A stretch of DNA of 64,000 bases, from positions 5,397,241-5,461,240 of the forward strand of contig OZ316899.1 in the NCBI GenBank assembly GCA_973895155.1. Reading direction: 5' to 3'. Positions 1-13,926 of this stretch are shown here, piece after piece. A model generated the notes under the pieces. The model searched no databases, was not told where the DNA came from, and saw only the letters and a program-made list of their open reading frames with translations. Made by a program: the position numbers and the translations under genes. This DNA is from Marsupella aquatica (Eukaryota > Plantae > Marchantiophyta). Positions within the stretch are counted from its first letter, which is position 1, and each line of letters begins with the position of its first letter.

Positions 1-1120
1 AAAACTCCTCTAGACTCCATGCTCCTCAAAATTTCCACACCAGATCCAAGACCATTTGTACTCATTTTGAATACATGCGCTCGATCATTTATGTTTCCTT
101 GACCAGGAAACAGGTACCTTTGCACGAAAGGGAAATTATTACATGATTGCATTTCATGAAGTGAGTCAAGTTCTCCTTTTTGGGGATTATCCATCTTCAC
201 ACTGCGAAGAATAGCATGGAACTTTGGATCGGTCAAAACCACTCCAATGAAACTCCAAATTTCTTTATGTTCTTCTCTCGACAACTGAGCCGATGATTTT
301 GAATGCAATAGGGAGACTAGGTTCCCAATTGACTGGTTTCTCAGACGTGCGGGAGTTGAGACTGGATTCAACCTATGGACCCCTAAAACAACATCTTCCG
401 CTATTTTTCTTGGAGAACAAGATTTTCCCTTCCAAACGTGGTGGTCATGGAATCCCATATGCACAGCCAATCTAGACATATGCATTGAAATGTGACTCTC
501 CAAACCTGGCTTAGGGTATACATACAAGAGTTTTGCCGGGCAATCTCAAATATAGAAAGGCCTCTCTTCACAGAAGCCACAGATGAGTCCGCCCTCACTC
601 ACTTGCTCTCCAAGATGAAAGATGTCAGCCAGCAACCCTTTCCCTCTAAAAGCGCAGTCACTTTTCACTCCAGTATGTTTCAACTTCCGGCAACCCAAAT
701 TATGGCATTCAAGAATGCCAGCGCAACGGACTTTCGACATAGCACAATGAAACCTATGTCTTTGGAAGGCGTCCCAAGATCGATCATAGGAGTTTGATTA
801 CCAATAGCTAAATCCACCGGTTCTAGAATGACATCAAGAAAGTTGTCTTTACTGGACAGAACCTTGACATAAGATCCAACCTTTAGTGTCTAGACTTTGG
901 GGGAAGTACTATTGTCCTCTCTCAACTTGTGACTCTGTGTTCCATTTTGAGAATACAACTCAAACAACTTCGTGATGAGGTCATCTTTTGGGATTCCAAA
1001 ATGAGTTGCAAGGAATGACTCTGTCACCCTCACCTCCGACGAACCAGGGATACTTGGCAGTACAACCATGTCTCCCGTGATTCTATGCTCCAAAACCACC
1101 TTGGAATTCATCGATATCAT
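1..1120 (-). pseudogene. MULE-type transposase, 5' part, frameshifted
   Basis: Minus-strand translation of 1-200 (KGELDSLHEMQSCNNFPFVQRYLFPGQGNINDRAHVFKMSTNGLGSGVEILR) aligns with ORF 32558..33196 (RGELDFLVRYQKNINMPFLQRYILPGQGSQEDRPHIFKMTSKGHGSGVDILR). Confidence 0.8.
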
Positions 1121-1849
1121 CTCTTCTCAAGATACAAAAAATAAAACGACTATGTTTTGAATTGTCCATACAACTCTTATTTGGAGGACCAAAACTTTGT
1201 TCATCCCAATGGAAACAACACATCGACCAAATTGTCAGATAGTTCCCGTTGATTTGACTGTGATTGTCTTTTAATTTACTCAACGTATTGGGATGGTTCC
1301 CATGCTAGCAGTCTTGCTAGCTTGGGTATGCATGTTTTTGGACAAATGTCCCGTTGATTTTGACCTATTTTGAAGGAGATCTGTATCATGGCTTTTATGC
1401 CAGCGATATCGCTAGCCAAAAAGTAAATCCAATGTTTACAAATTTTACCGTTAGGATTCCGTTGGGAATAGTCAACGGGTACCATAATGTCAACGGTACA
1501 AATTATGGTTGACACCTGTACCATTTTGTATGGATAAGATTATCCCTATCGTGAAGGTTGTTCTTTGGGTTTTCCAAAAAGTACAACTAGTGGTCTCTAC
1601 CAGGAGATTTCTATTATTCCTTCCATCATACTATCGATCGGTGTCAGTATAGATTCACTATCATAACTGTGTAAGGCTTTGTCGGGAGTTCCTAACAGTT
1701 TGTACAGCTGTCCTATTTCTCCTAAAGGCGGTGCGATATGGACATTTTTCATGCGTGCAACTGCTGCAGTCTCCGGACACGACCACTCTTCTCCGAAGGG
1801 GTTTATTTCATGGAGTCATCGTTGTCTCCAGAGAGTATTTCTTTGAGAG

Positions 1850-4800
1850 GATGATTTCAATCGAGGGAGTCGACAAGGAGAGAAACCAGGTCAACAGCTA
1901 ACAAGAAGGCACTTGTAGTGGGCTTGAAGACTCCTAGGCGACACAAGATGGTGACGGCAGTAGATCTTGTGGCTCTTGTGTTTGATCCGAGCGCTTCGGA
2001 ACCTTACACGGTTGTCATAAACCGTCATCTTCACTTGTTCGGAGTTGCATTTCAAGGGTGAAAAAACTCTTTTGTTCATATCAAGTCGGCAATGCACGCA
2101 TTGAACAGGTGCAAGTTCTCAGGATAATATCTTTCTGAAATTCCTTTTTTACCATATCACTTTCAGCTAGTGATCTCACTAACATGAGAATGTTGTGGTA
2201 GGTTAACTCAATGTCATGTAGAGAACTCCTGGGTTTTGGAGGCTGAACGCGTCTAGAAGATTCTGAACAATGACTTGTTCGTTTACAAGGATATCATCGA
2301 CTCTGAGAATTACAAAGTTTTCTAGCAGAAGATGGCAACATGCAGAAGGCGGCCTGGTATTCAAAGAACATGACGCTGGATGCCTGCACTTATATTCTAT
2401 CTGCTGCTAACATTGCATCACAGACTGAGGACCTGAAGAAGAAATTTGCTCTTAAGGAAGCTCAAGGCGAGCCCCTCTCTAAGGCCTCATAGGACTTAGC
2501 AATGCGTGAGATGATGAAAGAACAACTTGTTGATTGGAATGTGAAAGTTCCAAAGACCGGTCCATTACTAAATCTAGAGTTTGGAGGCTTTTTCAAGAAA
2601 TGTATCGAAATGCATAACTACTGCGAGAATGAGAGAAAGGAGGCCTAGAGAACAGATGACAAAGGAAGGGGAAATGTTTCTTGTGGTCTTGATTGAGCTT
2701 GATTGTTCACTGGTGTGACCTCCTTATCCCCAGAGCTCCAATGTACACTCCTAGAGGCACAGTGTCGTCCTGAGCTTTGGAAGAAATTCTTTCATCCAGG
2801 TCAATTCTCAGATAGTGAGACTAAGCTTTGGCTTCATCGTTGGGAAGTGTGGGAGCAAGTCGAGTCAATTGCGTCTTCCCTCATGTCCAAAATTGTTGCT
2901 GAGGTTATGCCTACTGTCCCTAAGTCAAGGATCCTTACCTCTTCAAAGAAGACGAAAGCTTCGCTAATCCTTGACATTGAGGAGGATTTTGAGGATTTTC
3001 AAACTTGTGTGAAGACTCGTTTCATCAAGCAGATTTGGCCCCCCAAGACAGGAGAGAAGATCGAGATTGCATTGTTTTGGAGGAGAGCGAAGAGATACAC
3101 ATATTGATTTTTTGTAGACAGAGAAGTAGCAGACAAATTCTATTGGTGGTCCTACCCAACTTGCTTGTCCCCATGGATAGCAGGAGTTAAAGAGGACCCT
3201 ACAGGTGATAAGTTTGGGGAATATTGTATGTTTCCTTGCAAGGGAAGTGAAGCTATGAGGAGATTGAGCGAGTGGGAGGTTCTTCACTATCCATGGTATT
3301 TGGACTCAGACAAATGGTCTGTGACCTTTGAAACTGCAAAGAAAGCAGCTCTTCACATGATCAATTGGGGATTCCTTCTGGAATCTTACATCTTGAAGTC
3401 CAAATTGGCACCCACTGACGCTGAACTTGGTGGTTGCGAGGCGATGGAAAAGGCTTGTCTTGGTGTAGCTGCCATAGTGGATAGGAGTCAAGCTTGAAAG
3501 CCAAGAAAAGGAGCATTGAAGGACACATCCAAAGATGGGTCCCAGTTATCGGGAAAGCCAAGTAAGTCTGTCAATTTTTTGTTACTTTTTATTTTCAAGT
3601 CTGTATGTGTGTCGAATATACAAACACTAGTGGCTTTTGTTTCACAAAGAGGAGGAAGGGTGCGACTTCTGAGAGTTTGAAGAGTGGAGCCGATGATGGT
3701 GAGGAACCTCAATCCCCGGATGTCAAAGTTACAACAAAGAGCGCAGTGGATTTAGGAAGTATAGAGTGTTTGAAACAGAAGCAGAATATCCAGATTCTTT
3801 CAGATTTGGACGATGAAGAAGTTTTAGTTGCTTAAGGTGTTGCTCGGATGTGTGGTTTGAAGATGGATGGGCAAAGACATTTCCTTGCTTGCAGCAATTT
3901 GACCGACACTGCAAACTCAATCAGCGTAAATAAAGTGAGGCAATCTTGGATGGGAGATGGAGATCGATGGATTACTGGGATGTTGAAGAGCGTGGAGTGC
4001 CTGAACCCTATCATAATTAATGGAAAGCCTTATGTTGGGATTGGAGCACATTTGGTATTCATTTCTCTTCCAACTAGGCATAGAACACGTGTTACAGACA
4101 AAGAGGTCCCGTCTTGGAATGTTTGGAGCAAGAAACTGCCGTATTATTTTTTTTGGAGTGATGAGACCAATGCTTTCAGACAATAGATATGTTGTTGTGC
4201 TGCACAACTCGGATTTCAATCACATGAGGCAAATATTTACGGCAGTCGAGCAAAAAAACAAATTCAAACATGTTCAACAATATACCGTTTTGTTGTCTAC
4301 CCCTTTATGGAGAGCAGATATGGATATCGAGGTAATTATCCCTTCAACTTTTGGAGATGTTTTATACTAGCGATGTTGCTAACAAAATGTTAATTTTCCA
4401 CTCCTCAACATGATCGGTTTACTTATTATTTTTCCTTTTTTTGACTTAGTTAATGCTAGCAAGCTCGCTAACAAAGTTTTCAATATTTCTAAAGGATTGT
4501 GGTTCTTTGTTCAGGTGTGCACTCTCATACTGGACGTTTTCTGTTGTGTGGAATTTAATGCTAAGATTCCTAAAGACCCAGCGTATGTTCCTTTGACGTC
4601 TTCAGAAGAAGCAAGACATAAGTCAATGTTGAGTGTTTGTTACCCTAAGACTGACCCATGTCCAGCAGCGGCTGTTGCTGGATCAAAAAGGCTTTCAGTT
4701 GGGTTCATGCAAGCCGTGATGGAATTCCTCACAAAGCCCAAAGACATAGTCCTTGATTGGACTGTGTGTGATGGGAGCTCATTTTCTGCCGGAGAATTAA

Positions 4801-6128
4801 TACTCCGGGAGGTTTGTTGTCGGTGTTGAGGATAGGGACATTCTCCATTCCTGTGCTCAAAAAGGTTTAAACAGTGTTCTTGAGAGGCACTCGAGCAAGG
4901 CAAAGATGATTAAGGATCAGGTAGCCAAGGGTAATCAAGATGTTGGGTCGGATGATGAGTGCAGGATTGCAGGAAATGAACAGGCTGGGCCTTCAAGCAA
5001 GAAAGATGAATTTGACCTGGAGTAAAGTACTTGGCCTCTTGTGATGTCGGACTCCCTATTTGGTTTCTGTTGTTTTCTTCATTTTGTTGCTCTTTGTCAA
5101 CTGATGTCGGTGGTTGCGTCAGTGATAGGAGGGTGGATTGGTTTTCTGAGGAGAGATTTTGTCTTCGGAAGGAAGTCCATTGTGGTTACTCTTGAGAAGC
5201 CTTTTACTCTTCCATGCTATGCTGAGACATCGGCAAAGCAGGTTGATGAAGCTCCTGTGGTCTTGACTTGGGAGGCGAAAGGGCTTCGATCAATGAGAGG
5301 TGCTCGAAGATATGTGGATTATCCCATTTCTTAACAAGTACCTTGATTTTTTGAGAAGGAGTTGCACTGATGAGACATCTATTGCATATAAGGAAATATT
5401 TCCTCTTATGAAATATTGGGAGAGAATTATGGAGTTGTTGACAAATGGGCTTGCACTAGAAGGGGAGGGAAGTAATCAATTTCCCTTGAAAAACGGATTT
5501 TGGCCAAAAACTAACCACGGCACTAGTTACAAGGTCAACCAACCAGAACAAAGTGGTCCTCCAATTGAAGATAAGGAGAATGCAAAGATGACGGCTCTTC
5601 AAAATGAGGTCTTGGAAGAGATGGAAGATCAAGCAGCACCATTTGTTGGATCTCGAGCTAAGAGAGAACAAAGACGGTGGATTGCCCTAGATAGGAAATT
5701 TGTGAAGGAAACTTTGTATTTCTTCAACCCGAGGATGACGGGAGAATAAAAATGGTGGAGGTCATTTCTAGTTGGTGAGAGCTTTGGGTTTGGTGGACCC
5801 TAAGCATGAAGTCCCAACTACATCTTCAACAAACCCTCCTCTACCTCAACAATATGCTCCAATGTTCTCAGTCGAATGGTGGTGGCCTAAACTCTCTAAA
5901 CTTGATGTGACTGAGAGTGCGCGGTATCTAAATTGTTTGATGTCCACTAAGACATGGGAACGAGATCTAGGGTTTGGTGAGAATGCTCAACATTGGCAGT
6001 ATGCAAATTCTGCAATGTATGGTTTTAAATTTGGAATGAAAGAAGAAAACATGGTGGGCAGAGGTTTGAAGATCCCTCAAAATGCTCTACAAATTGTCCA
6101 AAGTTATCTCCAAAGGATGGACAAGTAG
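1850..6128 (+). pseudogene. ParB-like/methyltransferase-like cargo gene of MULE copy 1, multi-exon, degenerate, ParB part largely lost
   Basis: Collinear with the minus gene at 26673-30526: RLSEWEVLHYPWYLDSDKW vs KLSEWERIHCPWYLDTDRW; VGFMQAVMEFLTKPKDIVLD vs VGFMQSVIELFTLPRDIVL; EKPFTLPCYAE vs EKPFVLPSYAE. Start position is approximate. Confidence 0.7.
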
Positions 6129-6399
6129 ACTTAGTTGTTACTAGTGAAGGTATAATTAGATAGTTACTAGTTTTTATGTAAGATAGTCACTGACTCATTC
6201 AAACATAGTAAGTTACATCCTAGTTACTTACTATTCTAATAGTTATAATGTGTGACCATGCCATTGAATGTTAGTCATACTATCTCCTCATTTTCTAAAC
6301 TTTTGATCATTATGAATTTGAATGTTTTTTTTTTGCATAATTAAAATTAATTTTCTATTCATTTCTTTATTTTAAATAATTATAATAAGAGTTTCTAGG

Positions 6400-6680
6400 A
6401 AAATGTACATTTTGTTGCACTTAAAAATACACTTTCTAGACCAAATGCACTTAAATGTACACTTAAATGTATGCATTGTTCACTCAAATGTACACTTTCT
6501 AGGCCAAATGTACTCAAATGTACCTATTTTGATGCGTGAATATACACTTTTCATTGCCCAAATGTACACTCTTTAGGCCAATTGTATACTTTTCTATCCC
6601 CAAATGCACACTTTTCATTGGCCAAATGTACACTTTTCCAAGCTCAAAAGTACATTTTTCATTGCCCAAATGTACAAAAA
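6400..6680. repeat. Subterminal array of AAATGTACACTTT-like units (TGTACA core)
   Basis: About a dozen degenerate copies, many at ~20-22 bp spacing. Confidence 0.85.
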
Positions 6681-6721
6681 TAAAATAATAATACAATTTT
6701 AATGAATAGGTTGATCTTCTC

Positions 6722-7948
6722 ATGTGATGCATGGGAGGTGGAATGTTAACAACACCCTGCGATGCTTCAAGGGCCTTCAATCTTGGCCTAACCAAGACTA
6801 CGTTGTAGTTACGGTGCAGTGCGGTCGCATGGGTATCCTGTGTATTCAGGATCTATGGGACATGAAGTTGAATGAATGGCGCATTCTGGATGGAGTGTTG
6901 GAGCATATCAGAGGCTTCACATTGAGAGAGGACTGTTGCAGAGATTTTTTGGGGAAGGTAAGGATGACTGTGGGCTGCAGCATGTACCACGAGTCGGGAC
7001 CAAGCAACTGGTGCTGGGCTGATCGACCGACAACACGAAAGGTTTTAGGATTAACAACTAGAGGGCCTATATTCTCATTCGCCCCGCTATAGATGACTAT
7101 GCCACTCTGAACTGGACTTGGGATTGCACCAAACTGGAAGTGGAATGGAACACGAGCCGGACAGGTTTGTGGGGCTCATACTTGTCTTCTAGGGCCAAGA
7201 CTTTCATATGGAGGATTCTGGCCTCCGGGGTTGTTCACTGGTGGGTAGCCGCCCACATTGGCAAGGGAGATGGCCACTGTAAATTGTGTATTGGGGTCGT
7301 TGAAACTATTCCCCACCTTTTTACCGAGTGTATGCATGCATGCTAGAAAAATGTTGGGCTTTGGGAGCTGGCTGTTTCCAAGGCCTTTATGGATTACTCA
7401 GATCACGTGTTGTTGATGGATGATTTGACAGTACAAAAAGATCATTGAAGGGTGGCTAAACTATTAGTGTTTTACCAGATCCTCTGGTCTCTTTGACTAG
7501 GGCAAACCACAGATGTTCCAGGCCACCGGCTGCAGGAAATTTGATCTTAGATTCATTTTATTAGAAGCTGCTGATCATGTGACTGTTGTTGGTCTGTGCT
7601 TGTCCTCGAGAAGGCAGCACACTATATTGCTAAGAGTGAAAGAGCTCCTTAATCAGGAAAGAATAGCTTGGTTGCATAGACATGATGTGTGGATATCCTC
7701 CGAGTGAGGCCCTATCTTGTCCAGCTGGCCCTTTATAGAGGGTTTGACTGGGCTGCAATGCCCCTGCATTTTGGATACTCCTTGTGGGACTCATGGGGGC
7801 TTGGCGTTGCATTGGCTGCAATGCTGATTTGTTGTCTGTGCTGCCCACCCTCCCAGGGGCCATGTTGTTTCGCTGGCTTTTTGATGGCCTGGTTGTTTCC
7901 CCTCTACCACAGGGTTTTCATGGCTTTAACTTAAAAAGGAAAAAACAA
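6722..7948 (+). mobile_element. L1-like LINE ORF2 3' fragment (zf-RVT region) with A-rich tail
   Basis: LWGSYLSSRAKTFIWRIL...CKLCIGVVETIPHLFTEC matches the plant LINE zinc-binding motif. Ends in TTAAAAAGGAAAAAACAA. Confidence 0.8.
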
Positions 7949-9074
7949 TTTCAAGGAATACCACAGCCTTAAGAATGGTCTGATACAAGCCACTTTGCTC
8001 ACATTTTCCATTAATTGTATAACATATCACAAACCAGTCTGATATATAGCTTATCTGACCACGTTGATATCTACTATAACAAATCCAATGTCTTGCAATG
8101 TCCAATGTTAGCCGGGATCTCAACTGCAACAGACCTGTTTCCAATATTTGCGATATTCTAAGTTTTGGACAATGTCCAGATGCGGTCATATAGGACAATG
8201 CTTGCAGAATGCATGATATCACCCTGGGCCCTCAGCTTACAAAATAACAAAACATACATGCAAACGTCCAATGGGTATTAAATATTAATTTTGCAAATAA
8301 TATTATAACACAATTCTAACCAACAAGGTCCTTATATACCTCCAATGTTGATTAGAATAAATGAAGTCTCTTTTTAATGTGTCCAAAAGTTGTTCAATTG
8401 AAGGGCCATGGATATACCCAATGACACGCGTCACCCGTTGATTTGACCACGTGTCAACGTACCAATGGATTGAGGTGTACGGGATTTGGGGGGAAGAGTA
8501 CCCAAAGAGTGTTGTGTTCCCCCTTGCCCCTCCTACTTTGTAAGAGCCGTCCGATGTATGATGCCCTAGATTGGACGGCCAGGATTATCAGTGGGTCCAA
8601 GGGGCTAGCGAGACCGGGAGCGAGATAGTGCAGGAGGAGGGGACTCAATGAGGCAGGACAGGAGGGGTCTCCCGAGAGGCCCCAACTAGGGCCCCACTTT
8701 CTCACTTTCTTTCAGGCTTTCTTTGCGGGTTCTTCATTGTCTACAGAGCTTGCGTGATCTTGGGCCAGGGTTTGGGTGAAAGTGTTTGACCCAATGTTTG
8801 ACATTGGGCGGACTGCAAGCTGGGCGGGGAGAAGGGATTTTAAATTCCAAAAAATATCTAATTATAATAACATAGGTAGGTTTTATATAGGACTGAAAAT
8901 TCTTTTTGGAACGAACAAGGTAAATTTTAATGTTCCTCCAAAATATAACAAGGGGTACCTAGGGGGCCTTCGGTCACAGGTATATTTCATTAAATTTCCC
9001 TTAGTGAGGGCCCAGGGAGATTATCAACTCATTCAATTCCCGCTACTTCTCTTTAAACAAAGTGTACAACCAAC

Positions 9075-9772
9075 CTGGGAATTTGTTGCAGACTACGAAC
9101 ACCCCAACCGCGATCTGCTGTTTTAAAGAGCTCAAGTGAAACCTGTAAGCCATTCTGGAGCTCCTGATTTTTGCAGTTTACTCCGCACTTGCACCTACTG
9201 TTGCACTCCACGATATCTTTTGAATCAGCTCCAATCTGGAAGAATACAGTTTGCACATATGGTTTAAACTTTGAGAACTTCATGCAGGAGTATACAAGCT
9301 TGAGAAACAAAACACATACAATTTAAACCCCACTGCCATAAAATATGCACCATTCATATTTATCAAGGATCCAATGTTTGCCATGAGAGTCCACTATATC
9401 AGGGCTCAGAAAACAATTAAATTAACAGATACAAAGTAAAAATGCAGGTGGGTCAAACCTTCCACAATGTGTCTGAACCTGGCATTGACAAGTAATTACC
9501 TGAAGAAGACCATATGCATTGTAAGGCAAGCGGCCATGCATGTACTCTGATTGCCAGTCATGACGCTCATCATTCTCACGACTACCATCTGTCCCCAAAA
9601 TGTGAACCGACATGGCACTTTCCCACACATCAAAATTAGGTCCACCACACCCATCACAACTTTTGGCAAGCTCTGTATCAAAGGGATGCAGATTATCCAC
9701 AGGTAACCCCTTGCACCTGCAAATCATTGTTGTGTGTAAGGAAGTGGGGGCATGAAACAAAATGCAGGTCAT
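9075..9772 (-). pseudogene. Pre-SET/SET histone lysine methyltransferase (SUV39/SUVH/SUVR-like) exons, apparently fragmentary
   Basis: IVECNSRCKCGVNCKNQELQNGLQVSLELFKTADRGWGVRSLQQIP is a typical pre-SET to SET junction. GT-AG boundaries define exon 9075-9235 and a donor at 9499. No C-terminal SET motif (NHSC) was recognised. Confidence 0.75.
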
Positions 9773-12624
9773 TGACTTCAGGGTACTTCAACTGTGATCT
9801 TGTTCTCTAATTTTTCCTCTCAACCTACATACTTGGCTGACTAACCACTTCTTCCATCCTCACTCCCACTATATAGGGCATGTATCACAACACGGTAAAA
9901 ATTATCATGTTGTTACATCAACAGCATTGAGCATATAAAAATGAAGTTAGATAACTTTTTAAGGGATGTGAGGATACATGCACATCTGGGAACCTTGTGT
10001 TTTAAAAATTTCACAACCTATCAAAGATCTCCCTCAAACATTGAAACTAGGGGCCAAAAGGTACAATAGCTCTTGCTCGATTTTAGTACTTGCTCAGAAG
10101 CTAAGGCACTTTTTTCACAAAACTTTTTAGATTAAATATTTTTTATACGTGAATCCACGGATGAGGGATTACTAGCAGGACAAAAGCTAGAAACAGCACC
10201 CAGGGCTAGGGAACCCCACAATAACCCCAATAATAAGAAACTGGCACAACAAAAACAAAGATGACAATCCCAGAAGGTCACTCAAGAGCAACGGCCTCAA
10301 AACCTATGTCACCCCATGTTGCATAAGGTGCAACCCTTTTTAAGTGTTTTTCCCTAAGTGTTTTTCCCTTTGTTAAGTTGCTTTGTTACGTGTGACCTGT
10401 TGTAGCAGGTCACATGGTAGGGGTGGCCCCCTATTTTTTCTGCAATCCTGGGTGACAGAGCATAATTAGTCATTGACAAGTGCTGATTCCAGACTCAAAA
10501 GCACTTAGTACAGGCATCAGGAAACCCCTTAACAGAATGTATGTCTCAGAGAGTGTGTTAAGCTTCATGAGATACAGGACAGAAAGGAGGCGAAGGGAAT
10601 CAACAGTGACAGGATTGTACCTGATGCATCATTCTAGGTGGTGGTATAGTGTATCATACCATCTAGGTTTTACAAGTAAATCTGTTTACTCAATCATACT
10701 AGTTTATGTTCTCTTGTATGAGTTTTTGTTTCTTCTACTACTGTAACCAAACAGAAAAATGCTTCATGAAACAAGTATATTATTATTCAGTTTTGGGCAA
10801 CAAGAGTTTAACCCACCAGTATATCATAATGTAACATTTTTTGGCGATTTCACACAAGCTGCCAATTTATTTCAACACATTTTGAGGGCCACACATGCTA
10901 CATCTGTACTAGCGCCCAACGCTAGCATAGGACACTAAAAAATACCAATTATAGAAAAGTCTAGTACTTCTTCCCATTACAAAAGACAACCACCCTTTAG
11001 AGTTGTTGAATGATCATGGAATGGTCTAAATATCCATTTGCAATTGCCTATCAAGTAACGGACTTCTCTCACCGTGAGAACCAGCTGACTTGATAATGTT
11101 GACTCATGCAAATCCAACTTGAACACCCAATAAACATGTTTGCAAGGCATATCTAGGGTTATGCCGACGGTAAAATTCCTCACATGAGCAACACAGGAAA
11201 CAACATAACTGAACCCGGTAAGAGGCTATTGATCTCTCATGTTCATGTGTCCAAATACAATATTGTTTTCCCCATGCATTTCCGCTTGTGATCTCTCTCT
11301 CGACTATGATGCTCATTACTTCTTTTTTTAATGCTTCAATTTTCTTGAAATGTGTTGGAGTTAGATGCACTTCCTCCCATCCCTTGAAGGGCATTGTAAA
11401 GTTGGGTCAGTTGGATAGATCAATCCGCTCTTGGAAAAGATTGACATCAATCCATAACTCAGATGGCAAATGGTTTTCCCCCACTTCCTCCACTCCCTCC
11501 TGTGAGTATCAGTCCTTGTTCTTTCAGAATTGAATCTCAACCTCAAAAATATTGGCCCCTTTGGCACTTGGGAGATGGGATGGAACATTGGGAATCTTCC
11601 AAACTCCTCTCCTTGTTTTGATTTTGTGACATTTGTTGTTTGGGGAAAACAATATCTGACCTGGATAGGGTTCTCCTTTGAACAATGTGCATCCTCTCAC
11701 AAAATTGCACCAACTCCATCTAAACTTGGAAACCCAATCTCCTTTACTTGATTTTGACATTCATCTTGACTCCCTCCCCGTCCAAGGGTTTCATTACAAA
11801 CCATCCCCGCACCATGTTTTTCCGTTGTAGATGCCAGGCAATTGGAGGTATATCACTTTCCATTGGGGAATCGAATGACAATAAAAAGACTTGCCCATAG
11901 TTCCAGGGGTAATTGGAGGGAAAGAGGATCTTGTTGTTTGATACGAGGGTATCTCCAAGACTACAACATCTTCAGAATGATCACGTACTCTCTAACAAAT
12001 TAACAACACCACTTCCCTCGACTGAAGGCGTGGAATCCATCTTCTCAAAGTTAGTGGAATGCAGGTTTCTCCTCTTTAAACCTCTTGTATTTGGTGAAGT
12101 AACAAGGATTGTATCATACATGTGAAAGTCTTGTGCCTAGACATTCCCAGTGGCATGTCCTTTTGGTCTCACCAATCAAGTTCTCACATCTCAATGAAAT
12201 GGTCCTTTCCAAATCAAACTCAATAGTGTTGGAAAGAAGTAGATTGGTGGCTTCTTAAACAAACATGGTGACCCTACCAGGTCTGTGGATCTGACACTAG
12301 TACATATTAAGCTCATTTCCGATGCTCAATTTTTGCGAACAATTGGCATCTGATTCTTTTAGCATCGGAAATTTTGATTATCACAAAATGGCAATATGCC
12401 ATACTCTCGGCTTCGGATATCTTCATTTCCGATATAATTGACAACAGAACATTTCCGATGCGTTAAAAAATGGATCATATCCGTTAGAAAACACATCGGA
12501 TCCCTCAACAAAAACTTTGATTGATATGTCCGATGTTTTTTGTAACAAAAATGATGTGCGTTACAATATTGATCGGAAATTTCCGTAGTTAATAAGAACG
12601 GATATTATATCCAATTGTGCTAAC

Positions 12625-12805
12625 ATGGCAAAGTCCGATGTTGGGAGAATGGGAAAGTCCGATGCTGGGAGTATGGGAAAGTCCAATGCTGGGAGAAAGG
12701 GAAAGTTCAATGCTGGGAGTATGGGAAAGTCCAATGCTAGAAGAATGGGAAAGTCCAATGCTAGGAGAATGGGAAAGTCTGATGCTGGGAGTATGGGAAA
12801 GTCTG
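12625..12805 (+). repeat. 24-bp tandem array (ATGGGAAAGTCCGATGCTGGGAGA-like), ~7 copies
   Basis: Seen directly. It is the inverted counterpart of 13654-13926. Confidence 0.9.
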
Positions 12806-13653
12806 GTTGTGGCAAAAAGACAAATTTTGATTGTGTTAGAATGAAAAGTTTTGATGTGTTAGATGGGGTATGTGGTTGCACCGACATACTCTTCCCAAAA
12901 GATGCAATCATTCTTGTATGCATGAATAACTTCATACTTGAGGCAAATGGACTTGAGTGTTGTTTTTGCCTCCTTCCAAGACCCAACATATTGTTCCCTT
13001 ACGGAAATATGTGCTCAACATGCCAAGTCCAAAATACATCATCTAGAAGGAGAATGCTTGTCCCATGTAGTCTTTGTTGCAAGTCCAACAACAACATAGT
13101 TGATAAAAGATGAGACAATCAGGAGCCATTGACGCTGAGGCTTTGGAAGGACCAAAATATCATCCATAACTAATAAGCCATAATTATCCCATATCAAATC
13201 TAATGAAGGAAGGCTTTACTATCAACGAATGACCCCTGCCAAATTTCTATTGGTTTCTCCTAGGGGAATGTAACAGGGTAACTAGAATAGGTCACTTGAT
13301 GCAAAGATCTAATCTCATGATAGAGAAAAATGGATCAAGAATGGGTCCAAATTATGGGTCTTAGTAAATTCACAAGTGTATAAAATCCCCAAACACTCTA
13401 AGTCAAACAACAAAAGTGCTAAGCTTGCATGTACAATGTAAGGAATAAGAACCACAAAGTTAAGCTCATGTTGGAGGAATAACAATTGGGATGGGTGACC
13501 AATTAGTTGAGAAAATTTGAAGAGTTCACATGTCAAGGGAGATGGGCACCTAGCTCATAGTTCCAAATGAAAGTAGAAACCCAATTAAAGGAAGAGATGG
13601 GTGACCTGAGCATGTCGCGTCCGCTGAAATGCATATCCCATTTTAATTGCTTT

Positions 13654-13926
13654 GGACTTTCCCATTCTCCTAGCATCGGACTTTCCCATTCTCTCACCAT
13701 CGGACTTTCCCATTCTCCTAGCATCGGACTTCCCATTCTCCCACCATCGGACTTTCCCATTCTCCTAGCATTTGACTTTCCCATTCTCTCACCATCGGAC
13801 TTTCCCATTCTCCTACCATCAGACTTTCCCATTCTCCTAGCATTTGACTTTCCCATTCTCTCACCATCGGACTTTCCCATTCTCCTAGCATTGGACTTTC
13901 CCATTCTCCCACCATCGGACTTTCCA
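13654..13926 (-). repeat. 24-bp tandem array, ~11 copies, inverted relative to 12625-12805
   Basis: GGACTTTCCCATTCTCCTAGCATC units. Confidence 0.9.

Larger units (their letters stand above)
1..6721 (-). mobile_element. MULE-family DNA transposon copy 1 (left part runs off the window)
   Basis: Same divergent two-gene layout and protein similarity as 25810-41815. Right end estimated where the subterminal repeats stop and LINE sequence begins (...GATCTTCTC; the reverse complement starts GAG, like the equivalent end of the 25810 copy). TSD cannot be checked. Confidence 0.7.

Noticed and set aside
8390-9050. GC-richer insert within the SET gene region
   Set aside because: No convincing TIR, TSD or coding signal was found.
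10307-10826. Possible solo LTR or MITE (TGTCACCC...GGGTGACA, internal hairpins)
   Set aside because: No matching TSD for either candidate end, so it cannot be classified.
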